64,000 nt of DNA from Hyaloraphidium curvatum SAG 235-1 (GCA_025558095.1 JAIVFI010000010.1:310001-374000), one strand, 5' to 3'. Shown: positions 1-10,498, counted from the stretch's first letter. Numbers and translations are program-made. Notes: generated by a model not told the origin, from the sequence alone.

Positions 1-1327
1 CGGCCCAGCAGTTGCCCTTGCTGCGCGGGCCGGAGCCGCCGAAGGTCGGGCTCAGGAAGCCGTCGGGCGAGGAGAGGTCCGGGCCGGCGTGGTCGGCGGG
101 CGGGCCGGCGGGGGGCACCTTGACGAAGCAGTCTTGGATGCTGAGGTTGTGCCGCACGCTGTTTGCCCACGGCCCGTCGGCGAAGCGCGCGGGGGCCGCG
201 GCGCGCATCCACGACAGGATGTACGACAGCGGGGCGCAGCGGTTGGGGTGGTTGAGGATGGCCGAGCCGATCATGGTAACGTAGGTGACCTTGCCGTCGT
301 CGCGGGGCGTCGACGACGGCGGCGCGATCGGGGCCGGGACGGGGCCGGAACGCGGCGCGGGGGTGCCGACCAGCGTCGCCGTGCTCACGGGCCGCGGCCG
401 CTGCACGACGGTCGGGTCCGCGGCAGACGGGCTGGGCATCGACGCGGCCGACGACGTGGGGAGCGGGAAAGCCGGCACCTCTCCCGCGCGGCGGGGCGAC
501 CGCCTCGCCGACGAGTGGTACCGCGGCGTGGAGAGCTGCAGCAGCGCCTTGACGGGGCTCGACGCCGCGATCGCCGCCTCGAGCAGCGCGTCGCTGGGCT
601 CGGGCGCGGGGGCGCGTGAGGTTGCGGGGGTGTGGAACGCGCGGGCGGGGGATCGCCGGGCGAGCGAGGCCTTGTAGTTGATGGGCGTCTTGAAGGGCAT
701 GTCGGCGCCGCGCGCGGGCGACGAGGTGGGGGGCACGTCCTCGACGCTCTCGAAGCTGTCCTTGCGGGCCGCGAAGGCGAGCGCGGCGAGCGGGTCGGGC
801 GGCTGTCACACGTGGTCGGAGGGAAGTGTGAATTGGGATCGCGTGGCGTTTGCGAGTAGCCAACTCACCTGCTCCATCCGCTCGGCGGGAGCGCCATGCG
901 CGGGCCCCTCGTCCTCCTCCGGAACATCTTCCTCCGAAACTTCCTCGCGGGGCTCGTCTTCCGCCTCCAGAGATCCGTTGTCTTCGGTCTCTTCCTCCTC
1001 CGGCGCCTCCTCGGCCGCATACTCGCCTTCATCAGGCCCGTCTTCTGGCAGGATCAGGATCCCGTTGTCTTCCGACGCCTCCGACGCCGCGTCGTCCGCC
1101 TCCACTTCATCCTCCACGTCGCCTCCAAAGCTCCCTTCTCCCTCTTCCCTTGCAGGCTCGCCCCACTCCGCCCCATCACCGCCGTCGGGACCCTCCCAGT
1201 TTCCCTCGCTTGCCAGCCAGTCCGCCTCGCTCCGCGGGTCGTCCGCGCAGCTGCTCAGGAAGGTCGAGCTGCCACCCAGGCCGAGCGGCACGGCGTGGGG
1301 GCCGGGCGTCAGCGCCGGCGGGGGCAT
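1..1327 (-). CDS. Forkhead-domain transcription factor with acidic N-terminus (3' end runs off window)
   Basis: ORF 806-1327 spliced through a GTGAGT...TGACAG intron (about 805-868). The next exon reads KVTYVTMIGSAIL...LSYILSWM...WANSVRHNLSIQDCFVKVP...KGNCW, matching the forkhead consensus (W.NSIRHNLS...CF.KV...GKG..W). Confidence 0.85.
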
Positions 1328-1746
1328 GTCCCGGCGGGCGCGGGGTGATCAGCGGCAGGGGTGCAGGTGGGGGTGCTGCGGGGGTCCAGGCAGGGTGCAC
1401 GGGGTGCGGAGTGCGGCGGCTAATGCGGGGCAGGTGTGCGGGGGGGTGCGGCGGGGTGTGCGGGGGCGCGAGGGGCGTTGACAGATGACAGCTGACAGGC
1501 GCGGCACTGTTTGCCGGCGCTCCCCGGCGTGCGTGCGGCAGATCCGGCGCGACCACCGCCGGGGCGAGTGCGGCGCGGGCCGGCCGTGCGCAGTACAGGG
1601 CGCACCGGGCCGGCGGACGTGCGTGCAGCGTGCCAGCCGGGTAGGATCTGGGAGGCGGGGCCGTGTTTGGGTCGCGCGTGGCTCGCGGGACTCGGCCTAG
1701 GCAATTGCCGCGCTTCGTCCGGGACTCCACTTCCCCGCCTCCCACG

Positions 1747-2407
1747 ATGCGGCCGGCCCTCCGCTGCCTGTCTCGGGCGGCACCGCGATTGGCCGCCCCT
1801 CTGCGCGCACCCCCCGTGCCCCGCGCCCTCCCCGCCGTCCTCCCGCGGCCACCTCCCGCCGCCCTTGCGCGACCCGCTCCCCCCGCGAGTTTGGCCCCGC
1901 CCTTCCGCGGCCTCGCCTCCGCTGCCGCCGCCGCCCTCCCCGCCGACGACGACGACCGCCCCTTCTCGCCGCACCCCCCTCCCACCCCCGCCGCACACGC
2001 CGGCAAGCTGCTCCTCACCGACCGCGCCGCGCGCCGCATCGAGCTGCTCAACGAGAAGGACGGGCGGCCGGACCAGGCGCTGCGCGTGGTGGTCGAGCCG
2101 GGCGGCTGCCACGGCTTCCAGTACCGCCTGGAGCTGGACGGGCGGTACTACGAGGACGATGTGTGGGGACCGCACCCGCCCCTCGCTCCCTGCCGATCTC
2201 ACCTCCTGATCCTCCCCCTCCAGGGTGTTTGGAAACGACCGCCACCCCGGCGGCCGCGCTGTCATCGACGAGACCTCGCTGGACCTCGTAAAGGGCTCCA
2301 AGCTGGACTGGGTCGACGAGCTCATCGGGAGCAAGTTCGCCCTGAAGGACAACCCGAACGCCGACTCGGGATGCGGGTGCGGGACGTCGTTTAACGTCAA
2401 GATTTGA
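1747..2407 (+). CDS. ISA2: Mitochondrial A-type Fe-S cluster assembly protein (IscA/HesB family, Isa2-like)
   Basis: Arg/Ala-rich presequence; LRVVVEPGGCHGFQY and NPNADSGCGCGTSF motifs; intron 2163-2223 (GTGGGG...CAG) joins the two frames. Confidence 0.92.
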
Positions 2408-2469
2408 TTGGGGCGGTGGCATCGGGGGACGGGGAGATCGGGACGGGAGAGACGGGTGTGGAAGCGGTC

Positions 2470-2494
2470 GGGATGATCTGATACACGGAACTGC
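2470..2494 (+). repeat. Left copy of imperfect direct repeat flanking the McrBC-like module
   Basis: GGGATGATCTGAtaCACGGAaCTGC, versus GGGATGATCTGA--CACGGAgCTGC at 6554-6576. Confidence 0.75.
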
Positions 2495-2537
2495 ACGGAC
2501 ACCGCCCCATACGCTCTCCCCTCGCGGTCAGAATCAG

Positions 2538-5131
2538 CTAGTCCTCGCCGGCTCCTACCCACGCGCTCCCTCCCCAGAAGGCCTCCATCGTGTACGAGTC
2601 CAGCACGGTCTTCATCCGCTTTCCGTGGAAGTACTCCTTGAGTTGGGGCCGGATCACCTCCTTCCACTTGCGCGCAAGCTGCGGCGGACCGAACTGCTCG
2701 TACTTGGCCGCGCCTTCCGGAGCTTTGCCCTTGGGATCGCGCTTTGGCGGCGGGAGAAACAGGGCATGGCCGAAGCACTGGTCCTCGGAGAGGTCCTTCT
2801 CCACCTTCTCGTTGAGCTTCTCGAAGCCGCGCACGAGGGCATCGAGGTCTGCACCGCCAAGAAGCTCGGGATGGGCGTCATAGAACCTTCTGAGGAGCCC
2901 AGGATCGGGACCCAGTTCGATTACGCTGAATCGGCGCCGGAGCGCGGCGTCCAGAGGTTGGATGCTTCGATCTGCAGTGTTCATGGTCGCGATTATGGCC
3001 AGATCCGGCGGGATGGAGAAGGCAGCCGAATGCTGGAGCTGGATCTCGTCTCCGCGATACTCGATCAGATGGAGCAGCTCGCCAAAGACCCTGGGCACGT
3101 TGCAGCGGTTCAGCTCATCGATGATGAGGATGCCCCCGGGTCGATCTGCCGTGCCCTTGCCCCGAGCACGTTCCGCGGCCTCGACCAGCTTCCCAGGACG
3201 CTTTTCGAAAGCCAGCTTGCCATCGACCACTTCTGGAACCATTCCTTCTACGAACTGGTCGTATGTGTAGGATGGGTGGAATTGAACCGATGTCACGCGC
3301 TGCTTGCATTCTAGTGGATTTCCTATGAGGGCCTCTGCAAGAGCCTTTGCCAGCAGTGTCTTGCTTGTTCCGGGAGGGCCAGCTAGAATGAGATTCGGAA
3401 GTGGCGACAGGAGTACCTCTAAGGAGCTCTTTAGTATCGCATCAGATGTTTTGGTAGTGCCCTTAAGCTTAGCAACCAGTGCATCAATGACTTCCCCCCG
3501 TGTAGGTCGGGAAGGTGCAATCTGTTGCGTGTCCGATGATTCACTATGTTGATTTGGAGCCAATCCCAAAGGATGCTGCTCTACTGCAGGCCGGAACATT
3601 AGATCCAGAGTGAATGGCTTCAGAATCCTCAATTGTTGAGTAGACAAGAATGGAACAAGGTACCTGGTGAATGCATCCTCAGTGATTGAATTGCCCTCCA
3701 GATCCAGTACCTCCAGGTTGCGCTTCCCATGCAGTTTGGAGCAAAGGACTGTGCAATGGGTATCTCCAAGGCTGCAATTCGCAAACCATAGCTCCACTAC
3801 TGCTGCCAACTTTGACAGGGCATCCATGAGCATCGAGAAAACAAGCTTTGTGCCTGTGCTCTGATCTACCACAGAGTAGCTTAAGTCAGTTCCACTGAGG
3901 TCCAGCACTCGCAGCTTAGTAGAGCTCCTCAAGCTAGTCGCAAGGTGACTAATGCTGTAACTGACTCGAAAGTTGGTGAGGCGGAGGAGACTCAGATTAG
4001 CAAAGAAAGTGCTTTGCCCCACAATGCTCAGCCTAGTCAATGAATCATCTGTCATTTCGTTCCCTCCTATGTCCAAACTCTCGAGCTGACGTTGTGGCTG
4101 AAGTGCACTTGCCAAAGCTAGTGCCTCTCGATCACACATACCATATCGCAGGGCCAAGGTCACAATTGGCTTTCCATTCAAAAGCCTGGTAATGGTCATG
4201 TGGCAGTCATGATGATCCACTTCCCCTTTCAGGAAAACATGCTTCAGGCATGCCTGGTGTTCCACACCAACTGCAATCCTTGAAACTGCTGCTGAAATGG
4301 AGGTCCCAGCAGGGCAGTCTATGTGCAGCCTCTTCAAATCCGGCATAGAGGTCAGTAACGCATAATCAAGGCCGTCTCCTGACGCAAGCAGTAGCTCAAG
4401 ATGTGATGCTGAGGTCAATTTGAGTCCCACATTACGCAGAAGCACACCACGTAAGGAAGAAGGTCCGGCCAGGATGGTCTCAATGGAATGCGTGTCTGAT
4501 GCTCTGAATATGCAGATGCGCTTGATGGCAGTTTTGGGGTGTATGCCACTCAGCATGTGCTGAACGTCAGAAGGCCATGAGCCTCCCCAAATGTACAGGT
4601 CCAACAAATCAGGCCTTGAACCCATCAGTGCTGCTGCCACTGACCCTGACTGCAGCTCATCACCGTCAAAGGCAGCGTCTGCAAGAGTCCAAGTATCCTC
4701 AATCGTGAGGCCGGTCTGTTCCAATGTCACGTTCCCAATTGCATGGAGAAGACTGCGGCATCCTGCAACAAGATGGTTCATAGGCACGTTGCGCATGTTT
4801 CCCATAATGTTGACACCTTCGACTCGGCCACTATTGACCGAGAAAAAAAGTTCGGTGACTGCCGGGAAGTACTCCATTCCAACGTCCCCTGCTTTCAAGC
4901 GCAAAACGCCATTGGACACCTTGTCCTGGACCCATCTAGAGGCGCAATGTTACAACATCATAACTGCGTGAGAGAAAAGAGTGTTGCTAACCTGTCCACA
5001 AGTCCTCGAGTGTCGACGCGAGCGAGTTTAGATGGAGGTCCGTCCCGCAGTTCTTCTTCAGCAGCTCCTGACGAACGCGGTCGCGTGGCCTTAGGTGGAG
5101 GGACTAAAGTAGCGTCACTAGAGCCGCCCAT
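2538..5131 (-). CDS. mcrB: LRR (RNI-like) - McrB-family AAA+ GTPase fusion, about 845 aa, 2 exons (5131-4992, 4935-2538)
   Basis: C-terminal McrB motifs: NLILAGPPGTSKT (Walker A), VQFHPSYTYDQFVEG, ILIIDELNR (Walker B), FGELLHLIEYR, IIATMNTADRSI (NxxD signature), LDAALRRRF, FGHALF. N-terminal LRRs: LESLDIGGNEM, LRVLDLSGTDL, VVELWFANCSLGD, LEVLDLEGNSIT. Intron 4991-4936 (GTTAGC...TCTAG) joins ATG 5131 in frame to the 793-aa ORF. Confidence 0.9.
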
Positions 5132-5269
5132 GTGCAGATGACGTTGATCGCGCGCTATCGAGCGATGTTTTCGTCGTCGGTGTTGGCGCAGCTCGATATC
5201 CGCGCGCCCGCGCACCAGCCGGCGCGCCGTCGATCGCACCGCAGCAAGCGCGCGTCAAGCATCCGAATC
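5132..5269. promoter_or_regulatory. Putative bidirectional promoter between divergent mcrB-like and mcrC-like genes
   Basis: 138-bp CpG-rich spacer between ATG 5131 (-) and ATG 5270 (+); inferred from gene geometry only. Confidence 0.5.
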
Positions 5270-6565
5270 ATGAGTGCCTGCTTCTCGACCCAGGAAACAC
5301 ACCAAGACACCAGTTGCATCGAGGATGGCCGTCCGGTCGTTCTGGATTTGGACGATGCGAGCGGCGAATCCTTGAAGCGCGTCCTCGGACGTGTCTCGCG
5401 AGCCCACAGCTTGAACAGGGACAAGCGTGTTACTTTGAAACACCTCGGCCCAAGGAAATGGGAGCTTGTGGCCAGAAATGTAATCGGAACTTTGTCGTGC
5501 GGTAGTCGGACGATCCTTATTGGGCCAAAGATCCCTCTCGAGCACGTCCTCCATCTGGCTATTGCTGGGGGCACGATGCCCAGCTTCTCTCCGGACTTGT
5601 CGTCAGTTGGACCTTCGAAGCACTTAACGGAGCTCATCATGTGGTGGTTCGTTGACGAAGTGCGGCACCTGCTCGCTTCGCCACTATTCTGCGACTATGT
5701 TGAAGCCGACTTGGTGGGCGAGACGTGGGCGGGCGCGTTGGACATGGCCTACGTTGCGAAACAGTTCTATCAGCGCGGGAAGCTTGAGCCGAAGGTGCTC
5801 GCGGACCAGCTTTCGCCTGACACTCCCGTGAACCGCGTGCTGCTTGCGGCGCTCAATCGGATTGTGAAGCTGTCATCTGTGCGCTATCAGTCCTTGGTTC
5901 GGCAGGCAAAAGACCTTCTTCCGCGGTTCGCGGGCGTCGGAGAAATGTTGCCTCGTGATCGAACAGTGGAGCCCGCGCGGCGGATGGCGAGCTACTCGAC
6001 GGCGTGGACTTTTGCTTGTCACATCCTGGACGGCCTCTCGCGAACCTTAGGAACAGGGGACATGCTGAGCTTTTGCTTCCTTCTTCCCACCGCTCAATTT
6101 GTGGAAAAAGGACTCCGTTCTATCATCCAGGACTGCCTGAAACCGGGGCTGACAGTATCGAAGCCTGCGATCCGGCGACATGACGAAGCGGACATGGCGA
6201 CCGTCACGTTCAATCCAGACCTCGCATTTCGCAAGCGCGGACGAAGCGGCTTTCTTGCCGTCGGCGATGTGAAGTACAAAGTTAAAACGGGCAGCTTATG
6301 GAACCCGCGCACAAATCTGGAGCAGGCTGTGACTTTTGCGGCAGCCGCCAACGTCAACCACGCCGTGATTTGCAAGTTCGCTCCTTCCGCACCTGATAGA
6401 GCGGCCGTGCTTGACCTGAATAAGGTCAAGGTGACGGTCGTCATCTGGCCGACGGACCTCACGCCTGCGGAGGCGGAGGTCCGCTTTGCAAAGCAAGTCG
6501 AGGCCTTCCTCGCTCGTGTGGACGAGGGCGAGCACCTCTTTGGGGCAGGAGATGGGATGATCTGA
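5270..6565 (+). CDS. mcrC: McrC-family PD-(D/E)xK restriction-type endonuclease subunit, about 431 aa (upstream in-frame ATGs at 5138 and 5165)
   Basis: LVARNVIGTL...ILIGPKI (McrC N-terminal I.PK motif); LSPDTPVNRVLLAAL; FVEKGLR; catalytic FNPDL...VGDVKYK; NLEQAVTFA (matches D.YQ..Y position); adjacent to the McrB-like gene. Confidence 0.87.
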   Translation: MSACFSTQETHQDTSCIEDGRPVVLDLDDASGESLKRVLGRVSRAHSLNRDKRVTLKHLGPRKWELVARNVIGTLSCGSRTILIGPKIPLEHVLHLAIAGGTMPSFSPDLSSVGPSKHLTELIMWWFVDEVRHLLASPLFCDYVEADLVGETWAGALDMAYVAKQFYQRGKLEPKVLADQLSPDTPVNRVLLAALNRIVKLSSVRYQSLVRQAKDLLPRFAGVGEMLPRDRTVEPARRMASYSTAWTFACHILDGLSRTLGTGDMLSFCFLLPTAQFVEKGLRSIIQDCLKPGLTVSKPAIRRHDEADMATVTFNPDLAFRKRGRSGFLAVGDVKYKVKTGSLWNPRTNLEQAVTFAAAANVNHAVICKFAPSAPDRAAVLDLNKVKVTVVIWPTDLTPAEAEVRFAKQVEAFLARVDEGEHLFGAGDGMI

Positions 6566-6576
6566 CACGGAGCTGC
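6554..6576 (+). repeat. Right copy of direct repeat flanking the McrBC-like module; contains the mcrC stop codon
   Basis: GGGATGATCTGACACGGAGCTGC: 12 bp identical to 2470-2481, then 10 of 11 identical. Confidence 0.75.
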
Positions 6577-6615
6577 TCAAGATCGGATCCGTTCCTTCCA
6601 CCGCCTCCCGTCCGG

Positions 6616-9270
6616 TCACCGCTTCGACGGCGCGCCCTTGGAGTCGAAAAAGTCCGGGTTGAACGCCCCCGGCGGCGGCGCGGTGTAGGGCGGCGGCGCC
6701 TGCCCGAGCGGCACGTCCTCGGGGAACGCCCCTGGCGCCGTCGGACTCGCCGGGAACGCGCCCGGCGCGGGCGCGGGGGGCGCGGTCGGGTCCGCGAGGC
6801 CGTAGCCGCCTCTCACCGGGGCGGCGGACGCGGGGAAGGGTGAGGGGACGGAGGCGGCGGGGAAGGCGGTGACGACGGGGTCGGGGAGCTCGGGGATCGA
6901 GTCGGCCGAGAGGCGCATGGAGGCGATGTTGGACGTGAGGGCGCTACATGGAACCGGGGGGCGGGATCAGCTCGGGCGTTGCCTCGTCCTCCCTGCGCGG
7001 CACCGACCGGAGGAGCTCCTGCATGTCGATCTTGCGCGCGAACGCATAGTCCTTGACGTTGTCCAGGAACCGCTGCAGCACGGCCTGGAAGTCGGTGTAG
7101 AACCTCGTCCCCTCGTTCAGGTTCGTCGAGATGTCCTTGAACGCCTTGTACGCGCTGTCCAGGTTCTGCAGCGCGCGTTCGCGGTCCTGCAGCACCGTGT
7201 TGGACTTCTTGGCCCGCACGAAGCGCTCGTTGGTCTGCGAGATGACCTCGAGCATCTGCCGCTGCGCCTCGACGGACATGGCGACCTCGTTGCGGATGTC
7301 GGCGTAGCGGTCCAGCTGCGCTGTGAGCACGGATTCGCTGCGGTAGTCCTCGTTGCGCGAGGCGAGGTCGAGCAGACGGGGGGCTGAACAAAGGGGATCA
7401 CGGCTCAGCGCAAGAAGCAGTGACTCGCGGGCGCGCACCACGTACTGATGTCGTCCTCCCTCGCCATCTTCCTGAACCGCTCCATGATTCCCGCCCGCGC
7501 CGACACGATCTTGTGCAGCTGCGCGATCTGCTGCTTGAGCACCGGCACGTTGGGATCGTGCCTATCGGGCGTCGTCCCCGGCCGCGCGGCGGGCACCGAC
7601 GCCTCGAGCTGGTCCCGCGTCCCGTCGAGCGCCATTATGGCCGGCAAATGGCGGTCCAGCTTGCCGCGCACCAGCGCGTCGCTCCGCCGCGCCTGCTCGA
7701 GCTTGTCCCCGTAGGCGCGCGCCGTCTCGCGCAGGTTGGCCGCCAGCTCCGCCGAGGCGGCGCGCGTCCACCGCGCTCCGTAGTGCTCCCTCACCCGGCC
7801 GTCCGACTCGGCTTCCTCGTCCAGCAACCGCACCGCCTCGGCCAGCATCTCCGCGTCCCTCTTGGCCAGATTGCGCACCGTCGCCCACGCGTCCTCGAGG
7901 CTCTTTGCCCCGCCCTCGGAGCGCACCTCCCCGCTGCGCTCCAGCAGCGCAGGCGGCAGACCAATCGGCTGCTCCAGCGCCTCGATCGCCGCGGGCAGGT
8001 TCATGCTCGCGAGCGCCGCCCACGCCGCGTCCGTGGCCTCGCGCAGCTTCTCCTCCTCGGCGCGGACGAGGTCGTCCCGCCGCTGCGAATAGAAAGACAG
8101 CGCGCGGTGCACCTCGAAGGGTACCAGCCGCTCGAAGAGCGGCGGGCCGTAGCAGTCCCGGCTGGGGGTGCCGTCGGGAAGGGGAGGGGGGAAGGGGGTG
8201 TCGGAGGCCATGTTGGCGCGGGGGATGGCGGAGAGCTGGTCGGGGGCGGGAATGCGCTGCACGTAGATGACGTTGTTGTCCTTCTCGGCGCGCGAGAGGC
8301 GTTCCGTCGTGTGCTCCACTAGGGCCTGCCGCGCAAGCGCGCACGATCAGACAGCGAAAACCCTCCACGACCAGCACTGCCCTACCTTGAGATCGCCGAG
8401 GACGACGGAGCCGGCGTTCTTTTGCAGCTCCTTGTCCTGGGCCTTGGCCGCCGTGGCCAGCGCCAGCTTCAGCCGCGCGATCTCCTCCCCGAACCTGCTC
8501 TCGGCGTTGCACACCAGCCCCTGCCTGTACTGCGCCGCGGCCTCAAAATGCAGCATCTTGACGTGCACGTGCGCCGTGAAGGACGCGGGCATCTTGGCGC
8601 CCGTGGCGGCCCCCAGCGACGCCGCGTACCGCTCCGCAACAGCGGCGGCCAGCTTGGCCACCGTGCCGTCCTTGAGCTTGTCCACGACGGCCTTGGCCCA
8701 GTAGCACTCCTGCGCCTGCGCCAGCATGGCGCCCGCGCACGCCGCCAGCACGCCGTCCGAGATATCCGGGGGCGGCGTGACCTTTGCGCCCGCGGCCAGC
8801 TCCTCCCGCATACGCGAAAACACCGATGCCGCGTGCTGGAAGCACGCCGCGGCCTTCTTGGCGCCCTCTGGCGTCATGCGGTACTCTGCCACGCCGACGG
8901 CCGAGTAGGCCGCTGCGATATTCCACATGACGCATAGCCGGTCGAAGCCGAGGCCGAAACCCTGCGCGGGCCGCTTCTGCGGCGCGTAGGCGGCCGACCA
9001 CGTGAAGCCGGCGCGCAAATTGACCTCGTCGGCGGGGAACTTGAGCGAGATCAGCGTCAGCTGGCCGTAGTAGCGCCACAGCTTGCGCAGGCCGGCCTCG
9101 CTCGCGTCGGCGAACACGAGGTCGTTGCGAAGCAGCTCGAGCGTGCGGAAGTCGTCCGCGTACTGGTCCGGGTCCTCGGCGTACTGCCGCGCGACATAGC
9201 GCCGCAGCTCGGGCACCAGCGTCGCGCTCTTTTCCGTGCGCCGCGACTCGATGGCCAGGAGGCTCGCCAT
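6616..9270 (-). CDS. RIM20: BRO1/ALIX-family protein (PalA/Rim20-like): Bro1 domain, V domain and Pro-rich tail; multi-exon
   Basis: LWRYYGQL, FTWSAAY, MLAQAQECYW, FGEEIARLK, RAEKDNNVIY, LFERLVPF, NLNEGTRFY motifs; introns near 8330-8384, 7386-7444 and 6943-7007; PPPY motif in the tail. Confidence 0.88.
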
Positions 9271-9578
9271 CGCCGGGGAGGGGTTTCACCGCATCACGGC
9301 CCCCGATCGGGCCCGCAGACGGAAGGTTCGCTCAATATCAAGGAGGGCCCCGCGTTCCGGCGTGTCTCGCGGCCGGAGATCGGGGGAATCGCGGTGCTGG
9401 GATTTGCTGGGCGCCTGCAGCCAGTGACGCCGCGCAAGCACCGATCATTCAGTCGACGTCTTTTCGGCCAAAGAGACCCGGTACAAAGCTATAACTCGTC
9501 TCCTCCTCTTCTTTAGCGGCCCGCTGGCGGGAGTCCCAGTGGCCAGTCGCAGGCGGCCCCAGTTCCACCGGCGGCGCC

Positions 9579-10498
9579 TCAGAGAATGAACTTGCCCAGC
9601 ACGAACGCGATCAGCGCAATGACAAGCACCACGAGCAGGGAGACCCCGCCGCCCGACGACTTTTGCGCGATCACGGTCGTGCTCCCGGGCCCCTCGCCCG
9701 CGCCGGGCCGGCGCTGCCTCAGGCCCTGCATCTCCCGATCCCTCTCCGACAGCTCCTTCTGGAGCTTCTGGATAGTGTTCCTGGCCTTTGCCAGCTCCGC
9801 GGCATCCTCGTCGGCGTCGGCCGGGGTGATGGTGGCCTTTGCGCTGGTGTAGCTCGTGGGCGCGGCCGACAGCAGCGACCCGCCCGCGTCGGGCAGGGTC
9901 AGCGTGGGCGCCTTGGGCAGCGCGCCGTTGGCCTTGGGCGCGTCGGGCGGGAGGAAGGCGACCTTGAGCTTGCGCTCGGTGAAGTTTTCCGCGGCCCACG
10001 CGGCGTCGGCCTTCTTGCGCGCCTCGGCGTCGGCCCACAGCTTCGCCAGCCGCTCCTGCACCGCGTCCGAGTCGCCGAGCGCCATCAGATCCGCGCCGAT
10101 CTTGACGCCCTGCACGAGGAACTTGTCCTTGCAGCGGTAGTCTGCCGGCGGGTCCTCCTTCATTGGCTGCAGCAGCACCTGGACCTCGACGGTCTCGTTC
10201 GGCCCCACGCGGCCGCTGTTGGGGCGCACGCAGTAGCTTTTGGGCGCGGTGGTCTTGACCTTGAAAGCTGCGGCGCCGAAAAATGGCACGGGTGCGAGAT
10301 CAGGGCGGTTCGAAGGGCCCGCGAGACGCGTCGGTCAGAACGGTCCGCGCGGCTGCGGCGAGGACGCCCACCGATCGGGTCCGTCGGGTGCTTATTAGTG
10401 ACCGCCAGCATGACCTTCACGACGGCCGTGAAGGGCCGCTTGAAGTCGAGCTGGCTGTCCGGGTTCAGCGCGAGGAACGTCGGCTCCTCGTCTCCCAT
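9579..10498 (-). CDS. SCS2: VAMP-associated protein (MSP domain, coiled coil, C-terminal TM helix)
   Basis: AFKVKTTAPKSYCVRPNSG, CKDKFLVQ and a C-terminal hydrophobic anchor; one intron near 10269-10371. Confidence 0.93.

Noticed and set aside
2538-3400. AAA domain as a midasin, dynein or MoxR fragment
   Set aside because: FHPSY and MNTADRS motifs plus an adjacent McrC-like gene point to the McrB family.
2538-6565. McrBC region as bacterial contamination
   Set aside because: The genes are divergent rather than operonic, have an in-frame intron of host-typical size and an RNI-type LRR, and are contiguous with host genes on both sides. Read-level confirmation is still needed.
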